Of a stretch of DNA of 64,000 nucleotides, positions 1-16,265 are shown in pieces. This DNA is from Eledone cirrhosa (taxonomy: Eukaryota), in assembly GCA_964016885.1 (NCBI GenBank), contig OZ024748.1, positions 36,766,001 through 36,830,000 of the forward strand. Direction: 5' to 3'. The stretch's first letter is position 1. Each line of letters opens with the position of its first letter. The notes under the pieces are model-generated. The model worked only from the letters and a program-made list of their open reading frames with translations, was not told the origin of the DNA and searched no databases. The translations under genes and the position numbers were made by a program.

Positions 1-3000
1 GTAACTATACCCTGCCTCACAACACATTAGACCATCCTGTAACTATATCCTACCCCACAACACATTAGACCATCCTGTAACTATACCCTGCCTCACAACA
101 CATTAGACCATCCTGTAACTATATCCTACCCCACAACACAGACCATCCTGTAACTATACCCTGCATCACAACACATTAGACCATCCTGTAACTATATCCT
201 ACCCCACAACAAATTAGACCATCCTGTAACTATACTCTGCCTCACAACACATTAGACCATTATGTAACTATACCCTGCTTCACAACACATTAGACCATTC
301 TGTAAATATACCCTGCCTCACAACACATTAGATCATCCTGTAACTATACCTTGCCACACAACACATTAGACCATCCTGTAACTATACCCTGCCTCACAAC
401 ACATTAGACAATTATGTAACTATATCTTGCCTCACAACACATTAGATCATCCTGTAACTATACCCTGCCTCACAACACATTAGACCATTCTGTAAATATA
501 CCCTGCCCCACAACACATTAGACCGTTCCCTAACTATACCCTGCCTCACAACACATTAGACTATCCTGTAACTATATCATTCCCCATAACACATTAGACC
601 ATCCTGTAACTATAACCTGCCTCACAACACATTAGATCATCCTGTAACTATACCCTGCCTCACAACACATTATACCATTCTGTAAATATACCCTGCCTCA
701 CAACACATTAGACCGTTCCGTAACTATACCCTGCCTCACGACACATTAGACTATCCTGTAACTATATCCTACCCCATAACACATTAGACCATCTTGTAAC
801 TAGATCCTAGCCCACAACACATTAGACCATCCTGTAACTATACTCTGCCTCACAACACATTAGACCATCTTGTAACTATATCCTACCCCACAACACAGAC
901 CATTATGTAACTATACCTTACCTCACAATACATTAGATCATCCTGTAAATATACTCTGCCTCAAAACACATTAGACCATTCTGTAACTATACCCTGCCTC
1001 ACAACACATTAGACCCTCCTGTAACTATACCCTGCCTCACAACTCGTTAGACCATCCTGTAACTATATCCTACCCCACAACACTTTAGACCATCCTGTAA
1101 CTATACCCTGCCTCACAACACATTAGACCATCCTGTAACTATATCCTACCCCACAACACATTAGACCATCCTGTAACTATACCCTGCCTCACAACACATT
1201 AGACCATCCTGTAACTATATCCTACCCCACAACACAGACCATCCTGTAACTATACCCTGCATCACAACACATTAGACCATCCTGTAACTATATCCTACCC
1301 CACAACAAATTAGACCATCCTGTAACTATACTCTGCCTCACAACACATTAGACCATTATGTAACTATACCCTGCTTCACAACACATTAGACCATCCTGTA
1401 ACTATACGCTGCCTCGCAACACATTAGACCATTCTGTAAAGATACCCTGCCTCACAACACATTAGACCATTCTGTAACTATACCCTGCCTCACAACACAT
1501 TAGATCATCCTGTAACTATATCCTACCCCAAAACACAATAAACCATTCTGTAACTATACCTTGCCTCACAACAAATTAGATCACCCTGTAACTATACCCT
1601 GCATCACAACACATTAGACCATTCTGTAAATATACCCTGCCTCACAACACATTAGATCATCCTGTAACTATACCTTGCCACACAACACATTAGACCATCC
1701 TGTAACTATACCCTGCCTCACAACACATTAGACAATTATGTAACTATACCTTGCCTCACAACACATTAGATCATCCTGTAACTATACCCTGCCTCACAAC
1801 ACATTAGACCATTCTGTAAATATACCCTGCCTCACAACACATTAGACCGTTCCCTAACTATACCCTGCCTCACAACACATTAGACTATACTGTAACTATA
1901 TCATTCCCCATAACACATTAGACCATCCTGTAACTATAACCTGCCTCACAACACATTAGATCATCCTGTAACTATACCCTGCCTCACAACACATTAGATC
2001 ATCCTGTAAATATATCCTGCCTCACAACACATTAGACCATTCTGTAACTATACCCTGCCTCACAACACTTTAGACCATCCTGTAACTATACCCTGCCTCA
2101 CAACACATTAGACCATTATGTAACTATACCCTGCTTCACAACACATTAGACCATCCTGTAACTATATCCTACCCCACAACACATTAGACCATTCTGTAAC
2201 TATACCTTGCCTCACAAAACATTAGATCATCCTGTAACTATACCCTGCCTCGCAACACATTAGACCATTCTGTAAAGATACCCTGCCTCACAACACATTA
2301 CACCATTCTGTAACTATACCCTGCCCCACAAAACATTAGATCATCCTGTAACTATATCCTACCCCACAACACATAAGATCATCCTGTAACTATACCCTGC
2401 CTCGCAACACCTTAGACCATGCTGTAAAGATACCCTGCCTCACAACACATTAGACCATTCTGTAACTATACCCTGCCCCACAAAACATTAGATCATCCTG
2501 TAACTATATCCTACCCCACAACACATTAGACCATTCTGTAACTACACCTACCCTCACAACACATTAGATCATCCTGTAACTATACCCTGCCTCACAACAC
2601 ATTAGACCATTCTGTAACTATACCCTGCCTCACAACACATTAGAATATCCTGTAACTATATCCTACCCCACAACACTTTAGACCATCCTGTAACTATAGC
2701 CTGCCTCACAACACATTAGACCATTCTGTAAATATACCCTGTCTCACAACACATTAGACTATGCTGTAAATGTATCCTACCCCATAACATATTAGACCAT
2801 CCTTTAACTATATCCTACCCCAGAACACATTAGACCATCCTGTAACTATACCCTGCCTCAAAACACATTAGACCATCCTGTAACTATACCCTGCCTCACA
2901 ACACATTAGACCATCCTGTAACTATATCCTACCCCACAACACAGACCATTATGTATCTATACCTTGCCTCACAACAAATTAGATCACCCTGTAACTATAC

Positions 3001-6000
3001 CCTGCCTCACAACACATTAGACCATTCTGTAACAATACCCTGCCTCACAACACATTAGATCATCCTGTAACTATACCTTGCCACACAACACATTAGACCA
3101 TCCTGCAACTATACCCTACCTCACAACACATTAGACAATTCTGTAACTATACCTTGCCTCACAACACATTAGATCATCCTGTAACTATACCCTGCCTCAC
3201 AACACATTAGACCATTCTGTAAATATACCCTGCCTCACAACACATTAGACCGTTCCGTAACTATACCCTGCCTCACAACACATTAGACTATCCTGTAACT
3301 ATATCCTACCCCATAACACATTAGACCATCCTGTAACTATATCCTACCCCACAACACATTAGACCATCCTGTAACTATAACCTGCCTCACAACACATTAG
3401 ACCATCCTGTACCTATATCCTACCCCACAACACATAGCATTATGTAACTATACCTTGCCTCACAACACATTAGATCATCCTGTAAATATACCCTGCCTCA
3501 CAACACATTAGACCATTCTGTAACTATACCCTGCCTCACAACACTTTAGACCATCCTGTAACTATACCCTGCCTCACAACACATTAGACCATCCTGTAAC
3601 TATATCCTACCCCACAAAACATTAGACCATCCTGTAACTATACCCTGCTTCACAACACATTAGACCATCCTGTAACTATATCCTACCCCACAACACATTA
3701 GACCATTCTGTAACTATACCTTGCCTCACAAAACATTAGATCATCCTGTAACTATACCCTGCCTCGCAATACATTAGACCATGCTGTAAAGATACCCTGT
3801 CTCACAACACATTAGACCATTCTGTAACTATACCTGCCCCACAAAACATTAGATCATCCTGTAACTATATCCTACCCCACAACACGTTAGATCATCCTGT
3901 AACTAAACCCTGCCTCGCAACACATTAGACCATTCTGTAAAGATACCCTGCCTCACAACACATTACACCATTCTGTAACTATACCCTGCCCCACAAAACA
4001 TTAGATCATCCTGTAACTATATCCTACCCCACAACACATAAGATCATCCTGTAACTATACCCTGCCTCGCAACACCTTAGACCATGCTGTAAAGATACCC
4101 TGCCTCACAACACATTAGACCATTCTGTAACTATACCCTGCCCCACAAAACATTAGATCATCCTGTAACTATATCCTACCCCACAACACATTAGACCATT
4201 CTGTAACTAGACCTACCCTCACAACACATTAGATCATCCTGTAACTATACCCTGCCTCACAACACATTAGACCATTCTGTAACTATACCCTGCCTCACAA
4301 CACATTAGAATATCCTGTAACTATATCCTACCCCACAACACTTTAGACCATCCTGTAACTATAGCCTGCCTCACAACACATTAGACCATTCTGTAAATAT
4401 ACCCTGTCTCACAACACATTAGACTATGCTGTAAATGTATCCTACCCCATAACATATTAGACCATCCTTTAACTATATCCTACCCCAGAACACATTAGAC
4501 CATCCTGTAACTATACCCTGCCTCAAAACACATTAGACCATCCTGTAACTCTACCCTGCCTCACAACACATTAGACCATCCTGTAACTATATCCTACCCC
4601 ACAACACAGACCATTATGTATCTATACCTTGCCTCACAACAAATTAGATCACCCTGTAACTATACCCTGTCTCACAACACATTAGACCATTCTGTAACAA
4701 TACCCTGCCTCACAACACATTAGATCATCCTGTAACTATACCTTGCCACACAACACATTAGACCATCCTGTAACTATACCCTACCTCACAACACATTAGA
4801 CAATTCTGTAACTATACCTTGCCTCACAACACATTAGATCATCCTGTAACTATACCCTGCCTCACAACACATTAGACCATTCTGTAACTAGACCTACCCT
4901 CACAACACATTAGATCATCCTGTAACTATACCTTGCCACACAACACATTAGACCATCCTGTAACTATACCCTACCTCACAACACATTAGACAATTCTGTA
5001 ACTATACCTTGCCTCACAACACATTAGATCATCCTGTAACTATACCCTGCCTCACAACACATTAGACCATTCTGTAAATATACCCTGCCTCACAACACAT
5101 TAGACCGTTCCGTAATTATACCCTGCCTCACAACACTTTAGACTATCCTGTAACTATATCCTACCCCATAACACATTAGACCATCCTGTAACTATATCCT
5201 ACCCCACAACACATTAGACCATCCTGTAACTATAACCTGCCTCACAACACATTAGACCATCCTGTACCTATATCCTACCCCACAACACATAGCATTATGT
5301 AACTATACCTTGCCTCACAACACATTAGATCATCCTGTAAATATACCCTGCCTCACAACACATTAGACCATTCTGTAACTATACCCTGCCTCACAACACT
5401 TTAGACCATCCTGTAACTATACCCTGCCTCACAACACATTAGACCATCCTGTAACTATATCCTACCCCACAACACATTAGACCATCCTGTAACTATACCC
5501 TGCCTCACAACACATTAGACCATTATGTAACTATACCCTGCTTCACAACACATTAGACCATCCTGTAACTATATCCTACCCCACAACACATTAGACCATT
5601 CTGTAACTATACCTTGCCTCACAAAACATTAGATCATCCTGTAACTATACCCTGCCTCGCAACACATTAGACCATTCTGTAAAGACACCCTGCCTCACAA
5701 CACATTACACCATTCTGTAACTATACCTGCCCCACAAAACATTAGATCATCCTGTAACTATATCCTACCCCACAACACATTAGATCATCCTGTAACTAAA
5801 CCCTGCCTCGCAACACATTAGACCATTCTGTAACTATACCCTGCCCCACAAAACATTAGATCATCCTGTAACTATATCCTACCCCACAACACATAAGATC
5901 ATCCTGTAACTATACCCTGCCTCGCAACACCTTAGACCATGCTGTAAAGATACCCTGCCTCACAACACATTAGACCATTCTGTAACTATACCCTGCCCCA

Positions 6001-9000
6001 CAAAACATTAGATCATCCTGTAACTATATCCTACCCCACAACACATTAGACCATTCTGTAACTACACCTACCCTCACAACACATTAGATCATCCTGTAAC
6101 TATACCCTGCCTCACAACACATTAGACCATTCTGTAACTATACCCTGCCTCACAACACATTAGAATATCCTGTAACTATATCCTACCCCACAACACTTTA
6201 GACCATCCTGTAACTATAGCCTGCCTCACAACACATTAGACCATTCTGTAAATATACCCTGTCTCACAACACATTAGACTATGCTGTAAATGTATCCTAC
6301 CCCATAACATATTAGACCATCCTTTAACTATATCCTACCCCAGAACACATTAGACCATCCTGTAACTATACCCTGCCTCAAAACACATTAGACCATCCTG
6401 TAACTATACCCTGCCTCACAACACATTAGACCATCCTGTAACTATATCCTACCCCACAACACAGACCATTATGTATCTATACCTTGCCTCACAACAAATT
6501 AGATCACCCTGTAACTATACCCTGCCTCACAACACATTAGACCATTCTGTAACAATACCCTGCCTCACAACACATTAGATCATCCTGTAACTATACCTTG
6601 CCACACAACACATTAGACCATCCTGCAACTATACCCTACCTCACAACACATTAGACAATTCTGTAACTATACCTTGCCTCACAACACATTAGATCATCCT
6701 GTAACTATACCCTGCCTCACAACACATTAGACCATTCTGTAAATATACCCTGCCTCACAACACATTAGACCGTTCCGTAACTATACCCTGCCTCACAACA
6801 CATTAGACTATCCTGTAACTATATCCTACCCCATAACACATTAGACCATCCTGTAACTATATCCTACCCCACAACACATTAGACCATCCTGTAACTATAA
6901 CCTGCCTCACAACACATTAGACCATCCTGTACCTATATCCTACCCCACAACACATAGCATTATGTAACTATACCTTGCCTCACAACACATTAGATCATCC
7001 TGTAAATATACCCTGCCTCACAACACATTAGACCATTCTGTAACTATACCCTGCCTCACAACACTTTAGACCATCCTGTAACTATACCCTGCCTCACAAC
7101 ACATTAGACCATCCTGTAACTATATCCTACCCCACAAAACATTAGACCATCCTGTAACTATACCCTGCTTCACAACACATTAGACCATCCTGTAACTATA
7201 TCCTACCCCACAACACATTAGACCATTCTGTAACTATACCTTGCCTCACAAAACATTAGATCATCCTGTAACTATACCCTGCCTCGCAATACATTAGACC
7301 ATGCTGTAAAGATACCCTGTCTCACAACACATTAGACCATTCTGTAACTATACCTGCCCCACAAAACATTAGATCATCCTGTAACTATATCCTACCCCAC
7401 AACACGTTAGATCATCCTGTAACTAAACCCTGCCTCGCAACACATTAGACCATTCTGTAAAGATACCCTGCCTCACAACACATTACACCATTCTGTAACT
7501 ATACCCTGCCCCACAAAACATTAGATCATCCTGTAACTATATCCTACCCCACAACACATAAGATCATCCTGTAACTATACCCTGCCTCGCAACACCTTAG
7601 ACCATGCTGTAAAGATACCCTGCCTCACAACACATTAGACCATTCTGTAACTATACCCTGCCCCACAAAACATTAGATCATCCTGTAACTATATCCTACC
7701 CCACAACACATTAGACCATTCTGTAACTAGACCTACCCTCACAACACATTAGATCATCCTGTAACTATACCCTGCCTCACAACACATTAGACCATTCTGT
7801 AACTATACCCTGCCTCACAACACATTAGAATATCCTGTAACTATATCCTACCCCACAACACTTTAGACCATCCTGTAACTATAGCCTGCCTCACAACACA
7901 TTAGACCATTCTGTAAATATACCCTGTCTCACAACACATTAGACTATGCTGTAAATGTATCCTACCCCATAACATATTAGACCATCCTTTAACTATATCC
8001 TACCCCAGAACACATTAGACCATCCTGTAACTATACCCTGCCTCAAAACACATTAGACCATCCTGTAACTCTACCCTGCCTCACAACACATTAGACCATC
8101 CTGTAACTATATCCTACCCCACAACACAGACCATTATGTATCTATACCTTGCCTCACAACAAATTAGATCACCCTGTAACTATACCCTGTCTCACAACAC
8201 ATTAGACCATTCTGTAACAATACCCTGCCTCACAACACATTAGACCATCCTGTAACTATACCCTGCCTCACAACACATTAGACCATCCTGTAACTATATC
8301 CTACCCCACAACACAGACCATTATGTAACTATACCTTGCCTTACAACACATTAGATCATCCTGTAACTATACCCTGCCTCACAACACATTAGACCATCCT
8401 GTAACTATATCCTACCCCACAACACATTAGACCATCCTGTAACTATACCCTGCCTCACAACACATTAGACCATTATGTAACTATACCCTGCTTCACAACA
8501 CATTAGACCATCCTGTAACTATATCCTACCCCACAACACATTAGACCATTCTGTAACTATACCTTGCCTCACAACACATTAGATCATCCTGTAACTATAC
8601 CCTGCCTCGCAACACATTAGACCATTCTGTAAAGATACCCTGCCTCACAACACATTAGACCATTCTGTAACTATACCCTGCCCCACAAAACATTAGATCA
8701 TCCTGTAACTATATCCTACCCCACAACACATTAGACCATTCTGTAACTAGACCTTGCCTCACAACATATTAGACCATTCTGTAACTATACCCTGCCTCAC
8801 AACACATTAGAATATCCTGTAACTATATCCTACCCCACAACACTTTAGACCATCCTGTAACTATACCCTGCCTCAAAACTCATTAGACCATTCTGTAAAT
8901 ATAACCTGCCTCACAACACATTAGACTATTCTGTAACTATATCCTACCCCATAACACATTAGACCATCCTTTAACTATATCCTACCCCACAACACATTAG

Positions 9001-11118
9001 ACCATCCTGTAACTATACCCTGCCTCACAACACTTTAGACCATTCTGTAACTATACCCTGCCTCAAAACACATTAGACCATCCTGTAACTATACCCTACC
9101 TCACAACACATTAGACCATCCTGTAACTATATCCTACCCCACAACACAGACCATTATGTAACTATACCTTGCCTCACAACACATTAGATCTTCCTGTAAC
9201 TATACCCTGCCTCACAACACATTAGACCATTCTGTAAATATACCCTGCCTCACAACACATTAGACCATCCTGTAACTATACCCTGCCGCACAAAAACATT
9301 AGACCATTCTGTAACTATACCTTGCCTCACAACACATTAGACCATCCTGTAACTATACCCTGCCTCACAACACATTAGACTATCCTGTAACTATATCCTA
9401 CCCCACAACACTTTAGACCATCCTGTAACTATACCCTGCCTCACAACACATTAGACCATTCTGTAACTATACCCTGCCTCACAACACATTAGACCATTCT
9501 GTAACTATATCCTACCCCACAACACATTACACCATCCTGTAACTATACCATGCCTCACAACACATTAGACCATTATGTAACTATACCCTGCTTCACAACA
9601 CATTAGACCATCCTCTAACTATATCCTACCCTGCAACACATTAGACCATTCTGTAACTAGACCTTGCCTCACAACACATTAGATCATCCTGCAACTATAC
9701 CCTGCCTCACAACACATTAGACCATTCTGTAACTATACCCTGCCTCACAACACATTAGAATATCCTGTAACTATATCCTACCCCACAACACTTTAGACCA
9801 TCCTGTAACTATACCCTGCCTCAAAACTCATTAGACCATTCTGTAAATATACCCTGCCTCACAACACATTAGACTATCCTGTAACTATATCCTACCCCAT
9901 AACACATTAGACCATCCTTTAACTATATCCTACCCCACAACACATTAGACCATCCTGTAACTATACCCTGCCGCACAACACATTAGACCATTCTGTAACT
10001 ATACCTTGCCTCACAAAACATTAGACCATCCTGTAACTATACCTTGCCTCACAACACTTTAGACTATCCTGTAACTATATCCTACCCCACAACACTTTAG
10101 ACCATCCTGTAACTATACCCTGCCTCACAACACATTAGACCATTCTGTAACTATACCCTGCCTCACAACACGTTAGATCATCCTGTAACTATATCCTGCC
10201 CCACAACACATTACACCATCCTGTAACTATACCCTGCCTCACAACACATTAGACCATTGTGTAACTATACCCTGCTTCACAACACATTAGACCATCCTGT
10301 AACTATATCCTACCCTGCAACACATTAGACCATTCTGTAACTATACCTTGCCTCACAACACATTAGATCATCCTGTAACTATACCATGCCTCGCAACACA
10401 TTAGACCATTCTGTAAATATACCCTGCCTCACAACACAGACCATTCTGTAACTATACCCTGCCTTACAACACATTAGATCATCCTTTAACTATACCCTGC
10501 CTCGCAACACATTAGACCATTCTGTAAATATACCCTGCCTCACAACACATTAGACCATTATGTAACTATACCCTGCCTCACAATACATTAGATCATCCTG
10601 TAACTATACCCTGCCACACAACACATTAGACCATCCTGTTACTATACCCTCCCTCACAACACATTAGACCATCCTGTAACTATATCCTACCCCACAACAC
10701 ATTAGACCATTCTGTAACTATACCTTGCCTCACAACACATTAGATCATCCTGTAACTATACCCTGCCTCACTACACATTAGACCATCCTGTAAATATACC
10801 CTGCCTCAAAACACATTAGATTATTCTGTAACTATACCCTGCCTCACAACACCTTAGACCATCCTGTAACTATACCCTGCCTCACAACACATTAGACCAT
10901 TCTGTAACTATACCCTGCCTCACAATACATTAGACCATCCTGTAACTATACCCTGCCTCACAATACATTAGACCATCCTGTAACTATATCCTACCCCACA
11001 ACACATTAGACCATCCTGTAACTATACCCTGCCTCACAACACATTAGACCATCCTGTAACTATATCCTGCCTCGCAACATATTAGACCATGCTGTAACTA
11101 TATCCTGCCTCACAATAT
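1..11118. repeat. 38-bp tandem satellite (~290 units), consensus GTAACTATACCCTGCCTCACAACACATTAGACCATCCT
   Basis: Continuous 38-nt period from base 1 to ~11118. Two main variants (CCCTGCCTC / TCCTACCCC). Runs off the left edge of the window. Confidence 0.97.
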
Positions 11119-11673
11119 GCTTGCGAGTTGCGGATTGGTGAGGCTATTTGACTTACAGTTGTGGGTGGATGGCCAATGATTCTGAGAAGTTCATCCACCC
11201 TTTTAACGACTCTCGTTCTAACCCCCCCCCCCCCCCCCCGTCATCAGACAAGTATCAGGTGGGGCAACCGGTTTAATGTCCAACCACCCGGCCCCATGAA
11301 GTAGGTTGTACTGGGTTACTTGGTACCAGTAGCAAGTAGAAGTTGTATATATATATATATAAACAGAGAGAGAGAGAGAGAGACGATTGGAGATCATCTG
11401 TCCAAAGTGCGACGCAGTGGGACCGAACCCGAAACTACGTAGTTGAGAAGTTAGCTGGTTGTTCGGCGACACAGTTTAGCAATATCTAGATAAGTATGTC
11501 AGCTGCAATATTGTTTTACCTGACACTCTATATCACCTGACATGCCTAATATATTCCTTTGTTGTTACAAAACAATGTGCACACACCTCAGACATACTGA
11601 CACACACTCATATATGCACGTTCGCACACACACTCACACATTCATATACAGACACACACATACACACAGACAG

Positions 11674-11705
<32 letters not shown>

Positions 11706-12907
11706 GTTTGTGTGTGTAATAAGACATTTTCTTTAGGGTGGGTAATTAACATTTTTAATTATTTCAATGTTAAGAAGCAGGGTGGTGAAAGCATTTCTGA
11801 ATTGGGGCGGGAGGGCCAAATTTGGACAATTAAGTTGTAATGATTAGTTTAACTCTTTGTACTCTAAAATGGTCAGAAAACTTCGATATGAGATAAAGAT
11901 AACATGTATATAAATTGTAGCACATATCCTGATAGATGTGTTTTGGTAGTTTGGGGAGAAAAATATAATTTTGGTCAAGGTAAATAAATATAACCACACC
12001 TACTTAAGTAAACAGGAGATTACATTCTACTGGGGAGTGAAACACTTTGAGAGTCTCTTCTAAATTTTGTATAGCAGTTAATACGGTGATAAATGTAAGG
12101 AAACTTGAGCTACTTTGATAAGAAATGTTTAACATTGAACCAATTAATATATATTGTGAAGTACAATGCTTGTGATGAATTGACGGATGTAATTTAACAT
12201 AAGTCCTTTTCTCCGTCTAGACAATAACAAACTGGTGCAAGGGATAGGTGGAATTATTTTATCATTCATTATCAATATTTGATCTCCAGCTGTATTTCAT
12301 ATTAGATAAGTCACATACGGACGAAACTTACCACCACTCACGTCAATAACTCGCTTTCAATTTTTGTTTGAAAACATTTCACTTCATCTAATTCTAAATA
12401 TATGGAAGTGACAATTTGGCAGAGTTGTGAGTGTTTCGATGTTTGTTCTGACTCATCATGATCTGAGTTCAAATCCAGTCAAGATTAACTTTTGCTTTCA
12501 TCTTTTGTGAATGTATGATATACGAGAGTCGGCTGACCAAGATACTCTCATGGAATGACCAAATGAGGTTTATTTTCAACATATTCCCTGGAAAGAAACA
12601 ATGTATCACTCCTTCATATTCAGCCTATGAACTTTTCAGTCGATCTCCGTATGCAATAAAATGTTGTTTCTATTTACAGGGTGAGCATAAAATCTGAGGT
12701 TTTTGTTTCATAGATGCCATTTTGTTACTGAAAGTTACAACCACTTCCTGTAGAAGAGAAAATATAAAACATGTTCAGAATAACTTGAAATTTATAAATT
12801 AAAACAATGAAAAAGTAAAATCTCAAATAGTATCCGAAAGATATGGTATTTTATAACCAGGGAAAGGCTTTATACTCACTCTGTATGTTTCTATATGTTA
12901 TTAACAG

Positions 12908-13033
12908 GTGTCGGTGGAAGGTAAGTCGGCCTGGTCCAATACAGTGAATAGATCTTCCTACTTCCTACATCAATTCAGTCCCAAAACACCAGACCTTAAC
13001 CTCTACAGCAGAGCTGTTGTTGACCAACTCAAT
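12908..13033 (+). CDS. SLC3A1-like exon ([42 protein letters not shown])
   Basis: ttaacag|GTG...AAT|gtaagt; 126 nt; GH13 domain-B SAW...YLHQF...PDLN motif. Confidence 0.92.
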
Positions 13034-13646
13034 GTAAGTCAAATATATTGGAGTTATTTCTAGATTTTCACTTGGAACACAATCTTGTTGTTTATGTTGT
13101 TGTTATAGAGGTAGTTGTCGTTGGTGTTGTGATAGCAGTAGTTGTTGCTGTTGTTTGTACTGTTGTTGCTACTATTGTAGTAGTTTCAAGGTCGATAAAT
13201 AAAGTACCAATCCAGTACTGGATTTGATTTTACTCTATATTCATTTGCTCTCTCTTTCTCTCACTCTCTCTTTCCTTGTCTCCCTCTCCCCCCTCCTATA
13301 TATATATATATATATATACATCATCATCATTTTACGTCCGCTTTTCCCTGCTTGCAAGGGTGGGACGGGAACTGATTCTGGCTTGATTTCTACAGCTGGA
13401 TGCCCTTCCTAACACCAACCTCATTTACAGTGAGTGCTGGGTGCTCTTTTGCCGTGGCACCTCCACGATCACTTTGCAGTGGAATGATATGCAGTCCCTA
13501 TCATCTCATTTCTACAGCTGAGTAAACTGGAGCAATATGTAATAAAGTGTCTTGCTCAAGGAAACAACACATCACCCGGTCTGAGAATTTAACTCACAAC
13601 CTTTCGATTGCAAGGCCAATGCTCTAACCACTAAGCCATGTGCCTC

Positions 13647-13745
<99 letters not shown>

Positions 13746-14703
13746 GTGTATATTCATGTATATTTCAGAAAATACCTCAATACTGGATTTCACTCGGCGT
13801 TGATGGTTTTAACATTCGTCACTCTGGGTTCTTGTTGGAGGACTATGACCTGCGCAATGACACCGAATTAAATACTACGAAACCAGTAAGTTTATAATAT
13901 ATTTCTAAATTATAGTGGACAACAGCCATGCTCCCTTTTTTTATTTTCAGTTTCTCTGAAACTAGTAGAAGGAAGTGAGGAGGAAGTTATTCTCAGACTG
14001 TTTACCAGGCTCAAGATCTTGCTACATATTTAACCCACTAAAACATCCAAGTGTCAACTGGTGGTTTTAAACTAGGATGGGATGAGCCTCCGTCGGTTTT
14101 GACGATGAGTGTTCCAATTGTTCGACGAATGGAACAGTTTGCTCATGAAGTTAACTATTGGTTTTGTTGTATTCCATGGCTAAAATAAATATGTAATTAG
14201 CAGTTTATTGGTCCTTATCAAATATTCTCCATTGATTTCGCTTTATAAGCAACCAAATACTTAGTTGGTTTTGACAGTTTTCGATAGCTTTGGCAGTATC
14301 AGTAGAGGGTCGGACGCCATGTTTTGCAGCAAGAGTTACGGCCCTTTATGGTCTGAGTTCAAATTCCGCGATTCATCCTTACGGGATCGATAAAATAAAG
14401 TACCAGTAAGGTACTGGGGTTGATTTAATCGACTTTCTCCTTCCCCAAAGTTGCTGGCCTATATAAGAAACCATTATTATTATTTTACAGAATGCTTACG
14501 ACAACTTGTTACACGTAAATACCTTTGGTTTGGAAAGAAATATGGTTCTATTAAGTGAATGGAATCATCTCGTCGCAGAAAATTCAGGCAAGAATGGCAG
14601 GTTTGTAGTATTAGAGTTTCGTGGTTCCATCGACTATCATTTATCCAAATAATATTTTGATTAGAATATTTTTTTTACAGAAACAGGCAAAATATACGCA
14701 TTC

Positions 14704-14759
<56 letters not shown>

Positions 14760-15125
14760 CACTCTCTCCCTCTCTCTCCTCCTCCCTCTCCCTCTCTCTT
14801 TATCTCTCCCTCTCTCTTTCTCTGTTTATATCAATCTTATCTCTCACGAACCAAATTATCCAAGACAATGCCTGAGAGGCAAGCATATTTTACAGTGTAG
14901 AAAAAGTTATAGTGTAGGCGTGTGGCTGAGTGGTAAGAGAATTGGATTCACAATCGTGAGGTTGTAAGTTCGATTCCTGGACCGGGCGATGCGTTATGTC
15001 CTTGAGCAAAACACTTTATTTCACGTTGTTCCTTCTACCTGGAGTTGCGATCGATAGATAGTATTAGCAATTGGAAAGACCAACGGATTTGTTTCCTCGG
15101 TCCAATTTGACGAAAATCGATCGAC

Positions 15126-15164
<39 letters not shown>

Positions 15165-15237
15165 CATTTTATTAAGGCTAAATAGTGAGTCTTTCTTTTT
15201 ACTCTGGAGTTTTCCCCGTTTATCACAGCGTATATAA

Positions 15238-15277
<40 letters not shown>

Positions 15278-16225
15278 CGAAGGAAATGTGGTAAGGAACC
15301 AGGTGGACCATAACGCACCAAAGTACTCAATACTTAGGGTAGTATAGTGGGTAATAGGAACGAGTAGGACCCCGACGGCTGAGCTCAAGCCGTTTCGATT
15401 TTTTTTTTTTTTTTAGTCCAGAATTAGCCGTCGAAACGGCTTGAGCTCAGCCGTCGGGGTTCTACTCGTTCCTATATATATATATATAGTCCATGGTTGT
15501 GGAGGAATCACTGAGGTATATATGTTGATGTTCAGTATTATGTCTATTCATAATTATTGTTAACATATCCATATCTTTCGATACATTGCGTAAAGCAGCG
15601 AAACTATAAAGATTCCCAGAATTTGACTAAAGAGAAGGGAATGTCTGTTTTTCTGGTACAAGACCATTAATTTGAAGGGACCGCTCAGTCGATTGTACCG
15701 ACCCAAGTAGATAGCTGATGTTCTATTTTATCAAACCCTGGAAGGATGAAAGGCAAAGTTGATCTCGGCAGGATTTGAACGTAGAAATTCTTAAGTATTT
15801 GCCGACACTGGCAATCCACTTATACATGTAGCACAAGCCCAGAAATTTGAAGGGAAGTGTGTTACTGGTATTTTATTTTATCAATACTGTAAGGATGAAA
15901 AGTAATGCTTAACCTCGGCGGGATTTAAACTCAGAAGGTAAAGGGGTGTAACTCTATGCATGTTAATAAATCAATGGCTTTGTTTCAGGTCACTTCTAAC
16001 TGGAATGGATAATTGGGACAGGACTATTACATCGTACAGAAACAACTATGGTGTCATGAACTTGCCTCATTTAACTTACTGTAGAATTCTTAACACCGAT
16101 ACCGACTGTAGTGGAACATGCATGAAGAATTTCGTGAAAGAAAACATGAAGAATGTCTCCATAGGAACATCGACTACATGGCTGGTAACATTGTTTTTCA
16201 CTCTCTCTCTCTCTCTCTCTCTCTC

Positions 16226-16265
<40 letters not shown>

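Noticed and set aside
1-11118. CRISPR array or coding repeat
   Set aside because: No unique spacers. The 38-nt unit shifts frame and contains stop codons; no ORF in the track; eukaryotic context.
11200-11260. Possible minus-strand HHR (CTGATGA followed by poly-G)
   Set aside because: No stem II partner, no GAAA, and stem I is unconvincing
14917-14990. tRNA gene
   Set aside because: A and B boxes run into a SINE body; no acceptor stem or poly-T terminator
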